A stretch of 64,000 bases of DNA from Paraspadella gotoi (Eukaryota; Animalia; Chaetognatha): positions 9,281,609 through 9,345,608 of the forward strand of contig CM119271.1 of NCBI GenBank assembly GCA_051294375.1, in the 5' to 3' direction. The translations under genes were made by a program, and so were the position numbers. A model generated the notes under the pieces. It saw only the letters and a list, made by a program, of their open reading frames with translations, ran no database searches and had not been told where the DNA came from. This document shows, piece after piece, positions 14,388-27,564 of the stretch (the stretch's first letter is position 1; each line of letters starts with the position of its first letter).

Positions 14388-15707
14388 AAGAGAGAAGAGA
14401 GAGAGAGAGAGAGCGAGAGAAAAAGAGAGAGAGAGTGCCCGCCAGCGCCCTCTCTTGCCATTTTAAAGGGGCGCCTTGACTTTTTTCTTTTCGCCCGGAC
14501 GTCTTTTGTTTTATTCTTTCTTTTTTAAGTGATTTTCTTTTTTTTTTCTTTTTTCTTTTTTCTTTTTTCTTTTTTTCCTAAAAGACAAAAGCTTTTTCTA
14601 TCTGAGTGACTTTTTAGTTTTGAAAGAGCAACGGGATGTCTCGTGGGGAATGAAGGGGAGGAACCGCTCTGTCGAATTCTATGGTAACTTATGGCTCAAG
14701 TTAATGTTTATTGTTTAATATTTTTAAAAAGGCTCAAGTCGAGACTTAACTTGTATTTTAGGGCTTAAGTTAAGATTTGATGGTTAGGATAAGACTTAAC
14801 ATAATTTTTTTTAACGGCAATTTTTCAAGTTGTAAACTCTTTATAATTTATTTCCTATTAACTTTTATTTTTTATTTTTAAAAAACGCTTACTTTCAAAA
14901 TGTTAGAAGACTAATTATACGAAACATAAGCCAATTTTAAGATTTGAAAGATCATAAAAAATGTTTTCTTTGACTTTCGCAATGAAAGGGAAAAGGCAAA
15001 AAGGAGCGGCCAGTTTTTTTTTTCCAAACAGTTTTCAGTTTTTCTCCGGTTCAAGAAAACTGTTCGAAACATTCTATGCGCGGACTTTTCAATAATAAAT
15101 TCTTTGAAAAATTCAAATAAAATTTTGTTTTGATCGTAAAAATTACTTACGAAAGAAAAGGATATACTCTCGTAGATATTACAGTAAAAAGTGTACTATT
15201 TTATGTAAATATGAAACAATATACATTTTATTTTTCTCTTTTTAATTTTCCCCTTTAAAGGTTCATTGAGATTAATTTTAATCATAACATTTAAAATTAA
15301 ATTGTCCTTTCTTTCCTTAACGTTTCAACCTAACCGTCCTTTTCCTCTTATTGACAACAGCTTTCAAAGTAGGCGCTTTTCTTTTCTCGCGCCGGCGCCT
15401 TTTTTCATTCGACGGCGTCGATTCCAAAGAGCAAAGGAACCGGTTCGTTTGTCCTTTGACTGGCGGCGGGGNNNNNNNNNNNNNNNNNNNNNNNNNNNNN
15501 NNNNNNNNNNNNNNNNNNNNNNNNNNNNNNNNNNNNNNNNNNNNNNNNNNNNNNNNNNNNNNNNNNNNNNNNNNNNNNNNNNNNNNNNNNNNNNNNNNNN
15601 NNNNNNNNNNNNNNNNNNNNNNNNNNNNNNNNNNNNNNNNNNNNNNNNNNNNNNNNNNNNNNNNNNNNNNNNNNNNNNNNNNNNNNNNNNNNNNNNNNNN
15701 NNNNNNN

Positions 15708-15743
<36 letters not shown>

Positions 15744-15780
15744 TCGTATCTAGACGTTGACGCCGACAGCTTCCGGTAAG

Positions 15781-15819
<39 letters not shown>

Positions 15820-16129
15820 CGTGAGGTAGTAAACACCAAACAAGGGGCGATAAACAGGAGAAGGAGAAAATTCTTTCTTTCTTTTTTTTTCTTTTTTAAA
15901 AAAGAAAATAAATCTGGAAAAGGTGAAGATTAAATTTCTAAAGATTAAATTAACTTTGAGTTTTACTTTACTGAACTTGTTTAAGTCTCCATACAACAAC
16001 ATTTTTTTTTCATTTTTACTTAAAAATATAAAATATACAAATGACTTTTTTAATTTATCAAAAAGACATTTAGAAAACTTTGTCCATTTATCTGTCCGTA
16101 TATTTTTTAAAAGCTTTTCATTTTGTCCC

Positions 16130-16560
16130 CGCTCTTTTCTAATACCTTTCTTTTTTTCACCAGTTAATCGCTTTGTTTACCCCTTTGCGTCCTTTAATAT
16201 TCAAATGAAAAAGGTTAACGATTCTTAAGGGGAGGAAATTACGTATTCATTACTTTTGTTTGACGATTCAGTTTTCAATCTTGACAATCTCCATACTTGA
16301 TCTTAAACAGAAGCTCGCTCTCTCTCTTTAAAGCGCTCGTTTGTTCTTCTAATACCTTTCTTTTTTTTTCAACAAGTTAATTCGCCGCTTTGTTTACCCC
16401 TTTGTTTGGCGTCCTTTAATATTCAAATGAAAAAGGTTAAGCGATTGCCTTCTAAAGGGGAAGGAAATTTACGTATTCATGACTTTTGTTTGAAAGATCA
16501 TTTTTCTTCAATCTTGAACAATGCTCCATACTTGATCTTATAACAGAAAGCTCCGTCCTC
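16130..16560 (+). repeat. ~200-bp tandem duplication next to a gap
   Basis: ttctaatacctttc...cttaaacagaagctc occurs at ~16137-16317 and, with many insertions, at ~16347-16553. Confidence 0.75.
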
Positions 16561-16913
16561 TCTCCATCTCCTCTCTCATCTCCTTCTCTCGCTCTCTCTA
16601 GTCTCTCTCTCTCGGATCAGCTCCCGGGCGGTCGAGATCTTCCTCGATCCTGCTCATCTCTTCCTCCCCCGCTCTCTCTGTCTCTCTCTCATCTCTCTCT
16701 TCTCCGGCTCTCTCTCTCGGTCTCGCTCTCTATCTCTTTCCACTTTCTTCNNNNNNNNNNNNNNNNNNNNNNNNNCGCTTGAACGTCTTCATTATATTTA
16801 ACTTTTTATTTTTCTCTTTTTTAACTACCACAACAGCAGCATCAAAAACTGTTCTTAAATAATGTTCAGCTTAAACTAAACTATAACTAATACATTGAAA
16901 TAAATAAACTCAC

Positions 16914-17002
16914 CAATTGGGTCTCCGCAAGTGTCGCAATATTCCGCGTACATAGCTTCGAAACATCCGCAACAAAATGGCCGTCCGTCTCGCATGATAT
17001 AT
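16914..17002 (-). CDS. prickle: prickle exon, end of LIM2 and start of LIM3
   Basis: Not in the ORF track. (R)[29 protein letters not shown](G). tttgcag acceptor, G|gtgagt donor, 89 nt, phase 2/1. Confidence 0.93.
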
Positions 17003-17475
17003 CTGCAAAGCATAGTTAAAAATGAAATTGAATATTTAAAAATAGGGCTTTATCAGGATTCGAAATTAGTACTACCAATATACAAATTAACCATTTATTT
17101 ACAAAATAAGCATTATATTGCTTCCTGTAGTGGATTAAGGTACTCCGTCATTCTTACAAAATGATAAACTGCTATCAGGACCCTTTAAACAAGTTGATTT
17201 GCTTTTAATCTGTTTTAATTTGAATAAAGGATCACTATTTTTTACACAATTAGTACTTTTAAACGACGGGAAAGTTTGTCAAAGTTGTGAGCTGTGAGTT
17301 GCGAGAGATTCTATCGGTTAAAATTGATCCCTGTCTTCGGTTATTTAAGTCGTCTATTTACACAAATCGTCATCAGATTCTTTCTCTTCAACTCGCGAGA
17401 AAAAAAAAACAAAAGGTAAACAGACGGAGAAATGACGTAATTCAAAGAGTTTAAAACGTCGTCGTCGTCGTTCTC

Positions 17476-17489
17476 GTTTCCATGGCAAC
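17476..17489. promoter_or_regulatory. consensus RFX X-box GTTTCCATGGCAAC
   Basis: 14-bp match to the GTTNCCATGGNAAC consensus, flanked by TGACGTAA (~17433) and TGACGCAA (~17506). Motif match only. Confidence 0.45.
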
Positions 17490-17804
17490 GCGGTCATTGA
17501 GACGATGACGCAATAAAAAAAAAAAATAAGGAAAAAAAGTTTGAAAAAAAAAAAAGGAAAATAAAAATTCCTGGGGAATCGATTCTCTCGCTCTCTGTCT
17601 GCGATTTAACTCTCGGCTACGGATGATTATGAGACAGAGACATAGAGAGAGAGAGAGAGAGAGAGAGGTAAGGGAAAAGTTAGAGTAAGAGCGTAAGACA
17701 AGAATTACTGTGAAAAAATATTTAAAAATAGAGGGAATTCTATCACTTTTTAAGTCTTCCCATAAAATGAGAAACTTTAATCATTTCTTTACATCGAGTT
17801 TTTA

Positions 17805-17988
17805 TGAAGGAAGAAAGAGAGAGGAAAAAAAAAGAAAATGAGAAAAGAAAGAAAGAAAGAAAGAGAGTTCGAAAGAAAGAAAGAAAGAAAGAAAGAAAGA
17901 GAGTTCGAAAGATAGAACGAAAGAATAAAAAAATTACAGAAAAAATAAAAGGAAACGAAAGATGAATAAAGAAAGAAGGAAATAAGAA

Positions 17989-18035
<47 letters not shown>

Positions 18036-18295
18036 TAAGAAAGAGAGAAGGATTTATTAAAAAAGAAATTAAGAAAGAACGACAGAATGAAAGAAGAAAG
18101 AACAGGAAAAAAGAAAGATCAAATAAACACAAAGAAAGAAAGAAAAAAAAAAGAAAAGAAGAAAGAAATAAAGGAGAAAAAAGAATGACAGAAAGAAAAG
18201 AAAAGAAAAGAAAAGAAAAGAAAAGAAAAGAAAAGAAAAGAAAAGAAAAGAAAAGAAAAGAAAAGAAAAGAAAAGAAAAGAAAAGAAAAGAAAAG
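17805..18295. repeat. (GAAA)n/(GAAAA)n microsatellite array
   Basis: Seen directly. Pure (GAAAA)n at 18195-18293. Confidence 0.9.
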
Positions 18296-18503
18296 GGATT
18301 AAGAAAAGAAGCGGATTTAACGACGAATCACGTGATTCACTTGAGGTCACGTGACACAATGTCAGGGTTTCGCGGATTTTTTACGTCACAAACGTTAATT
18401 TTCATCCGACGATCAGTCATCTCCGAGTCGACGCATAGAGGGGGTTGGGGAAATGAGAGAGAGAAGAGCGAGAAGGGTGAGAGTGAGACGGAGTGAAAGA
18501 GAG

Positions 18504-18619
<116 letters not shown>

Positions 18620-19755
18620 CTTTTGTGATTTAAGGTCGTTATCTGAGCGTCATAAAGCGAAAATCACCGCGAGACGCCGACGAAGGAGGGAGGGAGGAAA
18701 GGTAAGGTGTGAGTGGGAGGAGGAAGAGGAGGAGGAGGAGCAGGAGGAGGAAGAGGAAGGGCTGGAGGAAGAGACGGGAACGAATTATATTTGATTCGAA
18801 GGAGAAAATGGAAAAAAATGGGAAAAAATGGAATCGAATGACTTTTTCTTTGTTAAATGAGTTCGGAGGATGGAACGCGTAACGTGGGAGGGAAACGTGA
18901 TTGCCGTGAAGAATGTGATGAATCGCCCTTGGATTTAATATCACAAACGATCGCCGTGAACATTAATTAATAGCAGAAGGATAAACAAAGTCGGTGAACT
19001 TGGATAGAGTTTCCGTGAATGGCGGTAGGAAGTTCACGTGAATTTACAATCGTGGAACGATGGACGTGAGTAATGTTAACATTAATGAATTGAAAAGGAT
19101 AAATGAAGTTGGAAAACCTTATTCAATCACGATAGAGGACAGACTGAATTAATTGCTTCATGTACAATAAAGGAGAATAAAAGACAATAGAGGACAGTAA
19201 AGAACAATAAAGGACAATGAAGGACAATAAAGGACAATTGATGACCGATGCTAATCTCGAGTTTCGCGAGATAAAAAAAAGAGGGAAATTTGGACGAACG
19301 AATCTTGATGAAGCGAATTATTTTGATTTTTTTGTTGTTGAATGATAACGAGGCAAATTTTTTTGAATAAAAAGACGAAACGAATTTTGAATTAAAAATA
19401 AAATTTGAATAAACAAACGAAGGTTTAAAAAAAAAAAAAAAGATGAGAAAATTCAAAACGAAAAAGGGAGACTGTGAGAGACCGCGAGAGCCTGTCAGAG
19501 CTCGTGAACTTTATGACGCCGATCCGACGACGCCGAAGTCTCGCCAACGTCTCCGATCAAGCGGCGTCGAAATCCGCCACAAGACATTTGAGACAAATCG
19601 ATCTTTTTTTTGGTCGGGAGGAAAAGATGTTAAAAGTTTAAAGGAAAAAGTCATCGTCTCGAGTCAAAGGGAATTCTGATAGACGAAGTCCATGCCGTCG
19701 ACGACGACAACAACAACAACAACAACAACCTACTATGAGAACTGACGATTGAGAA

Positions 19756-19789
<34 letters not shown>

Positions 19790-20381
19790 CGACGGAAAGC
19801 GACCGCGACGACGACAACAAAAGTCATGAATACAAAAAATTCGTCCCCGCTGGGGGTTTTCCCCTTTTCGGACACAAAGCATAAGCTGTTATGTTCGGTC
19901 TTGCGTTATTGTTGTTGTTGTTCTTGTTGTTAGCGTGAACTGGTTATTGTCGGGGTTGTGGTCGTCGTCGTCGTCGCGTTAGCCTCAGGGCTTTTCTCAG
20001 AAATTTTTAATGTTTTTTTTTTTTGGGAGAGATAAAAGTGAGAGAATAAAAAAAGGAGAGAAAAAAAAAAGAGAGAGAGTGAGTTAAGAAGGCGGAAATT
20101 ATGAAAGCCATAAGATGAAAAGAAAAGAAAAGAAAAGAAAAGAAAAGAANNNNNNNNNNAAGAAAAGAAAAGAAAAGAAAAGAAAAGAGAGAAAATAGAG
20201 AAGGAAAGAAAGAAAAATTGAAAGAAAAATGTAATAAAGAAAGAAATCAAGAAAGAAAGAAAGAAAGAAAAGAAAGAAGAGGAAATGAATCCAGACCAAC
20301 TCCCCCCCCAAAAAAAAACCCTCCAAGCAAACAAGCACTTCCCCCCCCTCCACCCCCCAAGCAAAACCCAAGCAAACTGAC

Positions 20382-20512
20382 CTTTGACCCCCGAGTTGCG
20401 TGTCGCACTCGAAGCAGCAAAAGTGACGCATGTGCCAACTTCGTCCTTCGGCTTCTGTGCATTCGTCCGCAAAGATGATCTCGTCGCAAGCGGCGCATCG
20501 CGGCTTCAAGAC
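20382..20512 (-). CDS. prickle: prickle exon, LIM2 domain
   Basis: [43 protein letters not shown](R). gctcag acceptor, AG|gtcagt donor, 131 nt, phase 0/2. Confidence 0.95.
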
Positions 20513-20827
20513 CTGAGCGGGGGTGGGGGAGGGTAAGCTCCAGGTAAGGTCGATGCTTCGAGATGAGTCCATTTTAATGACTGATAATTTCTCATTTCAA
20601 CTTCTCTTTTTTTTTTTCATTTTAAAAATTACATTTTTTTTTGGCCTTGAGCTATACGGCAGTCGGGAGCTGGAGTATGATAATGTGAACTAACAACATT
20701 TATCATAATAACCGGTTTAAACACATTAAAATTAAATCGCTCAAATGATGCATAATTTGAATTCAATCCACCGCCCCTATACTCATTAGCCAACGCACAC
20801 GGCCACCGACTTAAATCGCCCCCTCTC

Positions 20828-21195
20828 GGCCTTTTTTTCCCAGAACGCCCTATTTCATCTTAAGTTTGGAATTAGGTTAAATTTTTAAGTTAAAAATGTT
20901 AGGGTAAGGGATTCGGTTAAGGTTCAGGTTAGACTGGTTAGTGAATAAGGTTAGGGATTAATTNNNNNNNNNNNNNNNNNNNNNNNNNNNNNNNNNNNNN
21001 NNNNNNNNNNNNNNNNNNNNNNNNNNNNNNNNNNNNNNNNNNNNNNNNNNNNNNNNNNNNNNNNNNNNNNNNTAGGGTTAGGGATTTGTGTTAGGGATTG
21101 GGTTATAATATATATTTAAAAAATATATGTTTAAGTTAAATATTAAAGTTAAATATGAAGGAACAGAAGTGGGTCGTTTTTGGGAAAAGAGAGCC
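20828..21195. mobile_element. MITE-like element with internal degenerate TTAGGG repeats (spans a gap)
   Basis: Imperfect terminal inverted repeats ggcctttttttcccagaacgccc / gggtcgtttttgggaaaagagagcc, with an interior rich in ttaggg/ttagg. A second copy lies at ~23907-24182. Confidence 0.5.
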
Positions 21196-23747
21196 ACTCT
21201 CTCTCTCCCTACTCTTCCGGAAATGGAGAGCAAATGATCGGAATTTCTTTTTCTCTCTCTCTCAGTCATATTTCCATCTTTTTTTTCAGTTGATTAAGAA
21301 GCCAAAAGCAAATTAGAGAAAATGGGGAAAAAATTAAAGGAAAAAAAAAAAGAAAGAAAAAAANNNNNNNNNNNNNNNNNNNNNNNNNNNNNNNNNNNNN
21401 NNNNNNNNNNNNNNNNNNNNNNNNNNNNNNNNNNNNNNNNNNNNNNNNNNNNNNNNNNNNNNNNNNNNNNNNNNNNNNNNNNNNNNNNNNNNNNNNNNNN
21501 NNNNNNNNNNNNNNNNNNNNNNNNNNNNNNNNNNNNNNNNNNNNNNNNNNNNNNNNNNNNNNNNNNNNNNNNNNNNNNNNNNNNNNNNNNNNNNNNNNNN
21601 NNNNNNNNNNNNNNNNNNNNNNNNNNNNNNNNNNNNNNNNNNNNNNNNNNNNNNNNNNNNNNNNNNNNNNNNNNNNNNNNNNNNNNNNNNNNNNNTTTCG
21701 CTCTCTAAAACACTTATATTGTTCTCCCCCCAGAGGGATGGCGAGGGAAAGAGAAAAGAGGCAAAAGATGGAATTCGTAATGAATCTACTTTTTTTTTCG
21801 GTTCCACTTTTATGGAATTTTCGGTCTCTTTTTTCGTGACCTCGCGCGGATGGAGCGAAAGACAAAAAAGGAAACAGTAGCTAGTTGTAACTGAGGAAGA
21901 ATACTATTTTTCATATGTACTATTGTTTTCTAAGGCGTGGAAATGATTTGTAGAATGATTTGTAGAGAGAGAGAGAGAGAGAGAGAGANNNNNNNNNNNN
22001 NNNNNNNNNNNNNNNNNNNNNNNNNNNNNNNNNNNNNNNNNNNNNNNNNNNNNNNNNNNNNNNNNNNNNNNNNNNNNNNNNNNNNNNNNNNNNNNNNNNN
22101 NNNNNNNNNNNNNNNNNNNNNNNNNNNNNNNNNNNNNNNNNNNNNNNNNNNNNNNNNNNNNNNNNNNNNNNNNNNNNNNNNNNNNNNNNNNNNNNNNNNN
22201 NNNNNNNNNNNNNNNNNNNNNNNNNNNNNNNNNNNNNNNNNNNNNNNNNNNNNNNNNNNNNNNNNNNNNNNNNNNNNNNNNNNNNNNNNNNNNNNNNNNN
22301 NNNNNNNNNNNNNNNNNNNNNNNNNNNNNNNNNNNNNNNNNNNNNNNNNNNNNNNNNNNNNNNNNNNNNNNNNNNNNNNNNNNNNNNNNNNNNNNNNNNN
22401 NNNNNNNNNNNNNNNNNNNNNNNNNNNNNNNNNNNNNNNNNNNNNNNNNNNNNNNNNNNNNNNNNNNNNNNNNNNNNNNNNNNNNNNNNNNNNNNNNNNN
22501 NNNNNNNNNNNNNNNNNNNNNNNNNNNNNNNNNNNNNNNNNNNNNNNNNNNNNNNNNNNNNNNNNNNNNNNNNNNNNNNNNNNNNNNNNNNNNNNNNNNN
22601 NNNNNNNNNNNNNNNNNNNNNNNNNNNNNNNNNNNNNNNNNNNNNNNNNNNNNNNNNNNNNNNNNNNNNNNNNNNNNNNNNNNNNNNNNNNNNNNNNNNN
22701 NNNNNNNNNNNNNNNNNNNNNNNNNNNNNNNNNNNNNNNNNNNNNNNNNNNNNNAATTATGGAGCTACCAGTGTAAATACCGCATATATAAACATTGCCT
22801 TAAAGGGCGAAAAAAGAGAGAGAGTCGAAGAGAGAGAGAGAGAGCATTAAACAAACACCAGATATGATGGAGGTTTTTGTTGTCGTTGTTGTTGTTCGCT
22901 CAGATGGAGGTAAGTGAGAATTGGTGGGATCCGCGGGGCTGAAGAAAAGCTTTTCCTCTTGTTCAACTTTTAGTTCATTTTTTATCTTCTGCATATTTAA
23001 CACCAACGTATCTTCTTCCTGTTTTCCAAGAATTCTTCCTTGAATTAACTTTATTAACTTATTAATTTATTTATTATTTTATTTTTAGCGGTTTAAAAAC
23101 AACAACAACAACCACAACAACAACTTGTTTATTTTTAAAAAAAAANNNNNNNNNNNNNNNNNNNNNNNNNNNNNNNNNNNNNNNNNNNNNNNNNNNNNNN
23201 NNNNNNNNNNNNNNNNNNNNNNNNNNNNNNNNNNNNNNNNNNNNNNNNNNNNNNNNNNNNNNNNNNNNNNNNNNNNNNNNNNNNNNNNNNNNNNNNNNNN
23301 NNNNNNNNNNNNNNNNNNNNNNNNNNNNNNNNCTTCGTCCTAGTCTTAGATATCTTTCTAATTTTTCTTGCATTTCCCTCTTTCATTTTCTTTCCTCTCC
23401 CTTCTTCCTTCGTCTTTCCTTTCCTTTCTCCTTTTATATTGATATTATAATTCCCACATCACACTAACACAAATCCCTAACCCCTAATACACTAAAATTC
23501 AATCCCTACCTTATTCCACTTAACCCAGTTCTAACCCTGGGATCTTTAAACCGCCCGAATCCCTATACGGACCTAACATTTTAACTTGTTAAAAGTTTAC
23601 TCCCCCTTAATTCCATATTTAAGAAGAAATAGGTCGCCGCTTCTGAGAAAAAAGGCGAGAGTGGACGGGCGCAAAATTAAGGTCGTATGGCCGTCGTATG
23701 CGTTGACTAATGATAGTATTATAAGGACGCCAGCCGTGAGGAAATTG

Positions 23748-23829
23748 ATCTCTCTCTCTCCTTCTCCACCTTCTTTTTCCTCCCTCCGCTCCGACCACGA
23801 TGTTACCTGTTTGGGCTTGAGACCGAGGT
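23748..23829. other. degenerate PacBio SMRTbell adapter at the centre of a palindrome (sequencing artefact)
   Basis: atctctctctctc..tttttcctccctccgctccg..tgtt..tgtt..ttgaga..gag(g)t resembles ATCTCTCTCTTTTCCTCCTCCTCCGTTGTTGTTGTTGAGAGAGAT. The flanks 23435-23747 and 23830-24105 are reverse complements. Confidence 0.7.
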
Positions 23830-24659
23830 TCTCAAATCCACCGCCCTTTACTCATTCTTACCAACCACGCAACACGGCCACCCCGACTTTAAATCGCCCC
23901 CCCTCTCGGCCTTTTTTTCTTCAGAACGCCCTATTCTTCTTAAATATTGGAATTAGATCTTTAAACTTGTTAATTAAAAATGTTAGGCCGGTTAAGGGAT
24001 CGGTTTAAACGATCAGTAGACTGGTTAGTGAATAGGTTAGGGATGAATTTTAGTTGATTAGGGTTAGGGATGTGTTAGCGGATTGGGTTATAATATAAAT
24101 ATATTATTTAAAATATATTGTTTAAGTTAATATTAAGCGTAAATATGAGGAACAGAAGTGGGTAGTTTTGGGAAAGAGAGCCACTCTCTTCCCTACTCCT
24201 CCAGAAATGGGAGAGCAAATGATCGGAAATTTCTTTTCTCTCTCTGTCAGTCATTATTTCCATCTTTTTTCAGTGATTAAGAAGCCGAAAGCAATTAGAA
24301 AATGGGAAAAAAATAAAAGGAGAAAGAAAAAAAAAAAAAAAAAGAAGAAAAAAAAGAGAGGAAAATCAGATATTTTTTTTTATTTGCTCGCCCTTGATTA
24401 ACTTTCCATGAACTTTTAGGAAAAAAATTTCCAATGAGAAGAGTGATAGATGAGAGAGGAGAAGAGGGAGAGAGAGAGCAGAGATAGAGAGAGAGAGAGA
24501 GATTTGTTATCCTTGCGTGATGAGAGGAGAGAGAGTTGTAGAAAAAAAAAGGAGATTAAATGTGAAAAAACCCCTCTCGTTTGAAAATCCGAATTTTTAT
24601 TGGTGGTCCAACCCAGGGACGTTGGCACTTTCTGCAGACCATATGTCTATCTCCCTCTT

Positions 24660-24710
<51 letters not shown>

Positions 24711-25455
24711 CTCCTCTCTCCTCTCTCTCTTCTTTCCCAAGCTTTCCTCTCTTAAAACACTTATATTGTTCTCCCAGAGGGGAGGCCAAGGGAAAGAGAA
24801 AAGAGGCAAAAAGGGTGAAGATGGAATTCGTAATGAATCTACTTTTTTTTTCGGTTCCACTTTATGGAATTTTCGGTTCCCCTTTTTCGTGACCTCGACG
24901 CGGATGCAGCGAAAGACAAAAAGGAACAGTAGCTAGTTGTAACTGAGCGGAAGAAGAATACTATTTTCATAGTACTATTGTTTTCTAAGTGCTTGGAAAT
25001 GATTTTGTAGAATGAATTTGTAGAGAGAGAGTGTGAGAAAGAGAAGAGAGAGATAAGAGGAGAGAGACGATAGAAAAAAGAGAAGTCGAAGAGAAAGAGA
25101 TTGTAGAAAGAGAGTGAGGTGTGAGAGAGATAGGAGAGGATACAAAGGAAAAGGAAACAATAGAAGAAAGGAAAAGTCAGCAACCATAATACAAATGTCA
25201 GCGAAAAGATTAAAAAATGGAAAAAGAAACTGAGAGGGGTGTGAAATAGGAGAGGAGAGAGAGAGATCGGAAGAGAGAGAGATAAAGAGAGACTGAGATT
25301 GAGAGCTACCGACAAAAGGCGGGAAGTGGAAAAAGTTTATACCCGTTTTTCATTCGTCTTGTTTGGAGAAAAAAAAAATTTTCCCGTTGTTTTCGCTGTT
25401 TTTTTATTTGAAACTTGCGAAAACAAAGGAAACACGAACGTTTCTGTTCGCTTGT

Positions 25456-27516
25456 TTTTAGTCGGATCTGCTTATCAGCGATCCCGACTCTATAACTTTC
25501 ACTTTTTATAACTCACTTTTTCGGTTCCGTCGGTTCCGCACCCTCAATATTGTCGGGCACACACTTATATCATGTCAGAACATCGAATTATGATAAATTA
25601 TGGCAAAAAAAAAATGATGTCCGTCCGTCCGTCTCTGTCTGTCCGTCCGTCCGCCGTCCGTCCCACCTTTAGCAAAAAAACACAATTACTGTGATTGCGA
25701 TGGATGGATTTAAATGGAAATTTGGTGTGTGGATAGGTAACGGTGTGATTGAGCTGTGATACTAAGTTTCGATGGAATCGTCCGAGTCTGCGAAATGAGT
25801 ATTTTAAATGGAAAAAACAAAAAAAATATATTTTTCCACTTTTTGAAACCCAATTGCTATGAGTGGATGGGCTGATTGACCTGGAATTTTGTGTGGGTTA
25901 GGAAAGTGTGTGATTGAACAGGAATCAAGTTTCGATGGAATAGTTGAGTGGAATAGTTTAAATGGAAAAAAAACAAAAAAAACCTGTTTACTAATATGAT
26001 ATAGCTCTTTTTCCTTTTATTATTAAATGTATCTGCAGGATGTATTAATAAATCAAATAATAATCAGTTATATTAATCAATAGTAAATAAATTAATCAAT
26101 AATTTAATTAAATTAGTCAATCAAATCCGTCCATCCCGTCCCATCCTAGCAAAAAGCTCCCAATAACTCTGATTTGGCTGGTTGATTGGAATTAAATTTT
26201 GTGTGTGGTAGGAAAGTGTGTGATTAAAGCTGGATATAAAAATTTCGATGGAATCGTGTGAGTGGAAATTAGTTTAAAATGGAAAAAACATAAGTCGAAT
26301 TTTACTAAAATCTTTTACTTTATTTTTAACCAATTAAATACTCTAATTAATCATAATTGGATGGATTAGATTGGAGTTGAAATTTGTGCGTTGGGTTAGG
26401 GAAAACGTATGACGAAGCTTATATAAAGTTTCAGTGGAAACGTACCAGTGGAATGAGTTTTAAATGAAAAAAATATGAGTCACATTACTGGAATCTTTTT
26501 ATTTATTTTATACCCATGATAGATTGAGTGAAATTGTGAGCCGGTAGGAAAGTGAGTGAAGAAGCTAGATATAAAGTTTACGGAATGCAAGTTTTGAAAA
26601 AAGATGCAAGTTGAAAAAATGATGCAAGTTAAAAAATCTTAAAAGCATAAGCGATCGTCGCTATTGCATAAAAACGAGAGAGAGATGAGAGAGAAAGGAG
26701 AGATGAGAGGAGAGAGAGATGAGTGAGAGAGAAAGGAGAGAGTGAGAGATAGAGAGAGCAGAGACCGAGCAGAAGCGGAGGGGCAGCGCCGACAAGGGAG
26801 CTGGGGTGTAGAACAGCGAGGGAGAACCATTAAAAATAAAAAAAAAAGAAATCTTTTAAAAGACCCATCAAAGATCGAGGCACAGGAGCCCCACTATCAT
26901 AGAGAAAATATTAAATGAAAAACCCGGAAAAAAAAAAACGAATAGTCGCAGTCGAGAAATCGCACCATAACGCTAAGCGTTAACCAACAGAACCAGAAAG
27001 CTGACACCATATAAAAAATCACGACCATCAGCCTGGCTCCAACTGATAACACTCTTGTCACAACTTCTTCTTCCGACTTCAGAGTACAATGTTTCCACTT
27101 TGACTGCCACTGACAACTTCCGTTTGATTGGCTCACACGACTCATCCGTCTGAACAATATCTCTAACTCACCACTCATATAAATAAATCTCATACTTAAT
27201 GAAATTCACTGCGACTAACGAATTTCTTGTGATTTTTAACAATTGTTTTACTATAATAAAGTAATTGATGAGCGGTAATAACTAATTGATTGAATTTTGT
27301 AATTAGTATTATTTGATGTAATAGAATGATTATTGATTCGATGATAATCAAATTATTGATGCGGATGATAGTCATCACTGCCTGTTTTTGAGATGATAGT
27401 CACTTCAGTGATGCGATGGCATTGTCATTCATTGGAATTCGAATGATTGTCATTCATTGAATGCGATGATAGTCAATAAAACAAACAAATGCGTGTATTG
27501 AGTGAAAGAGATGATT

Positions 27517-27564
<48 letters not shown>

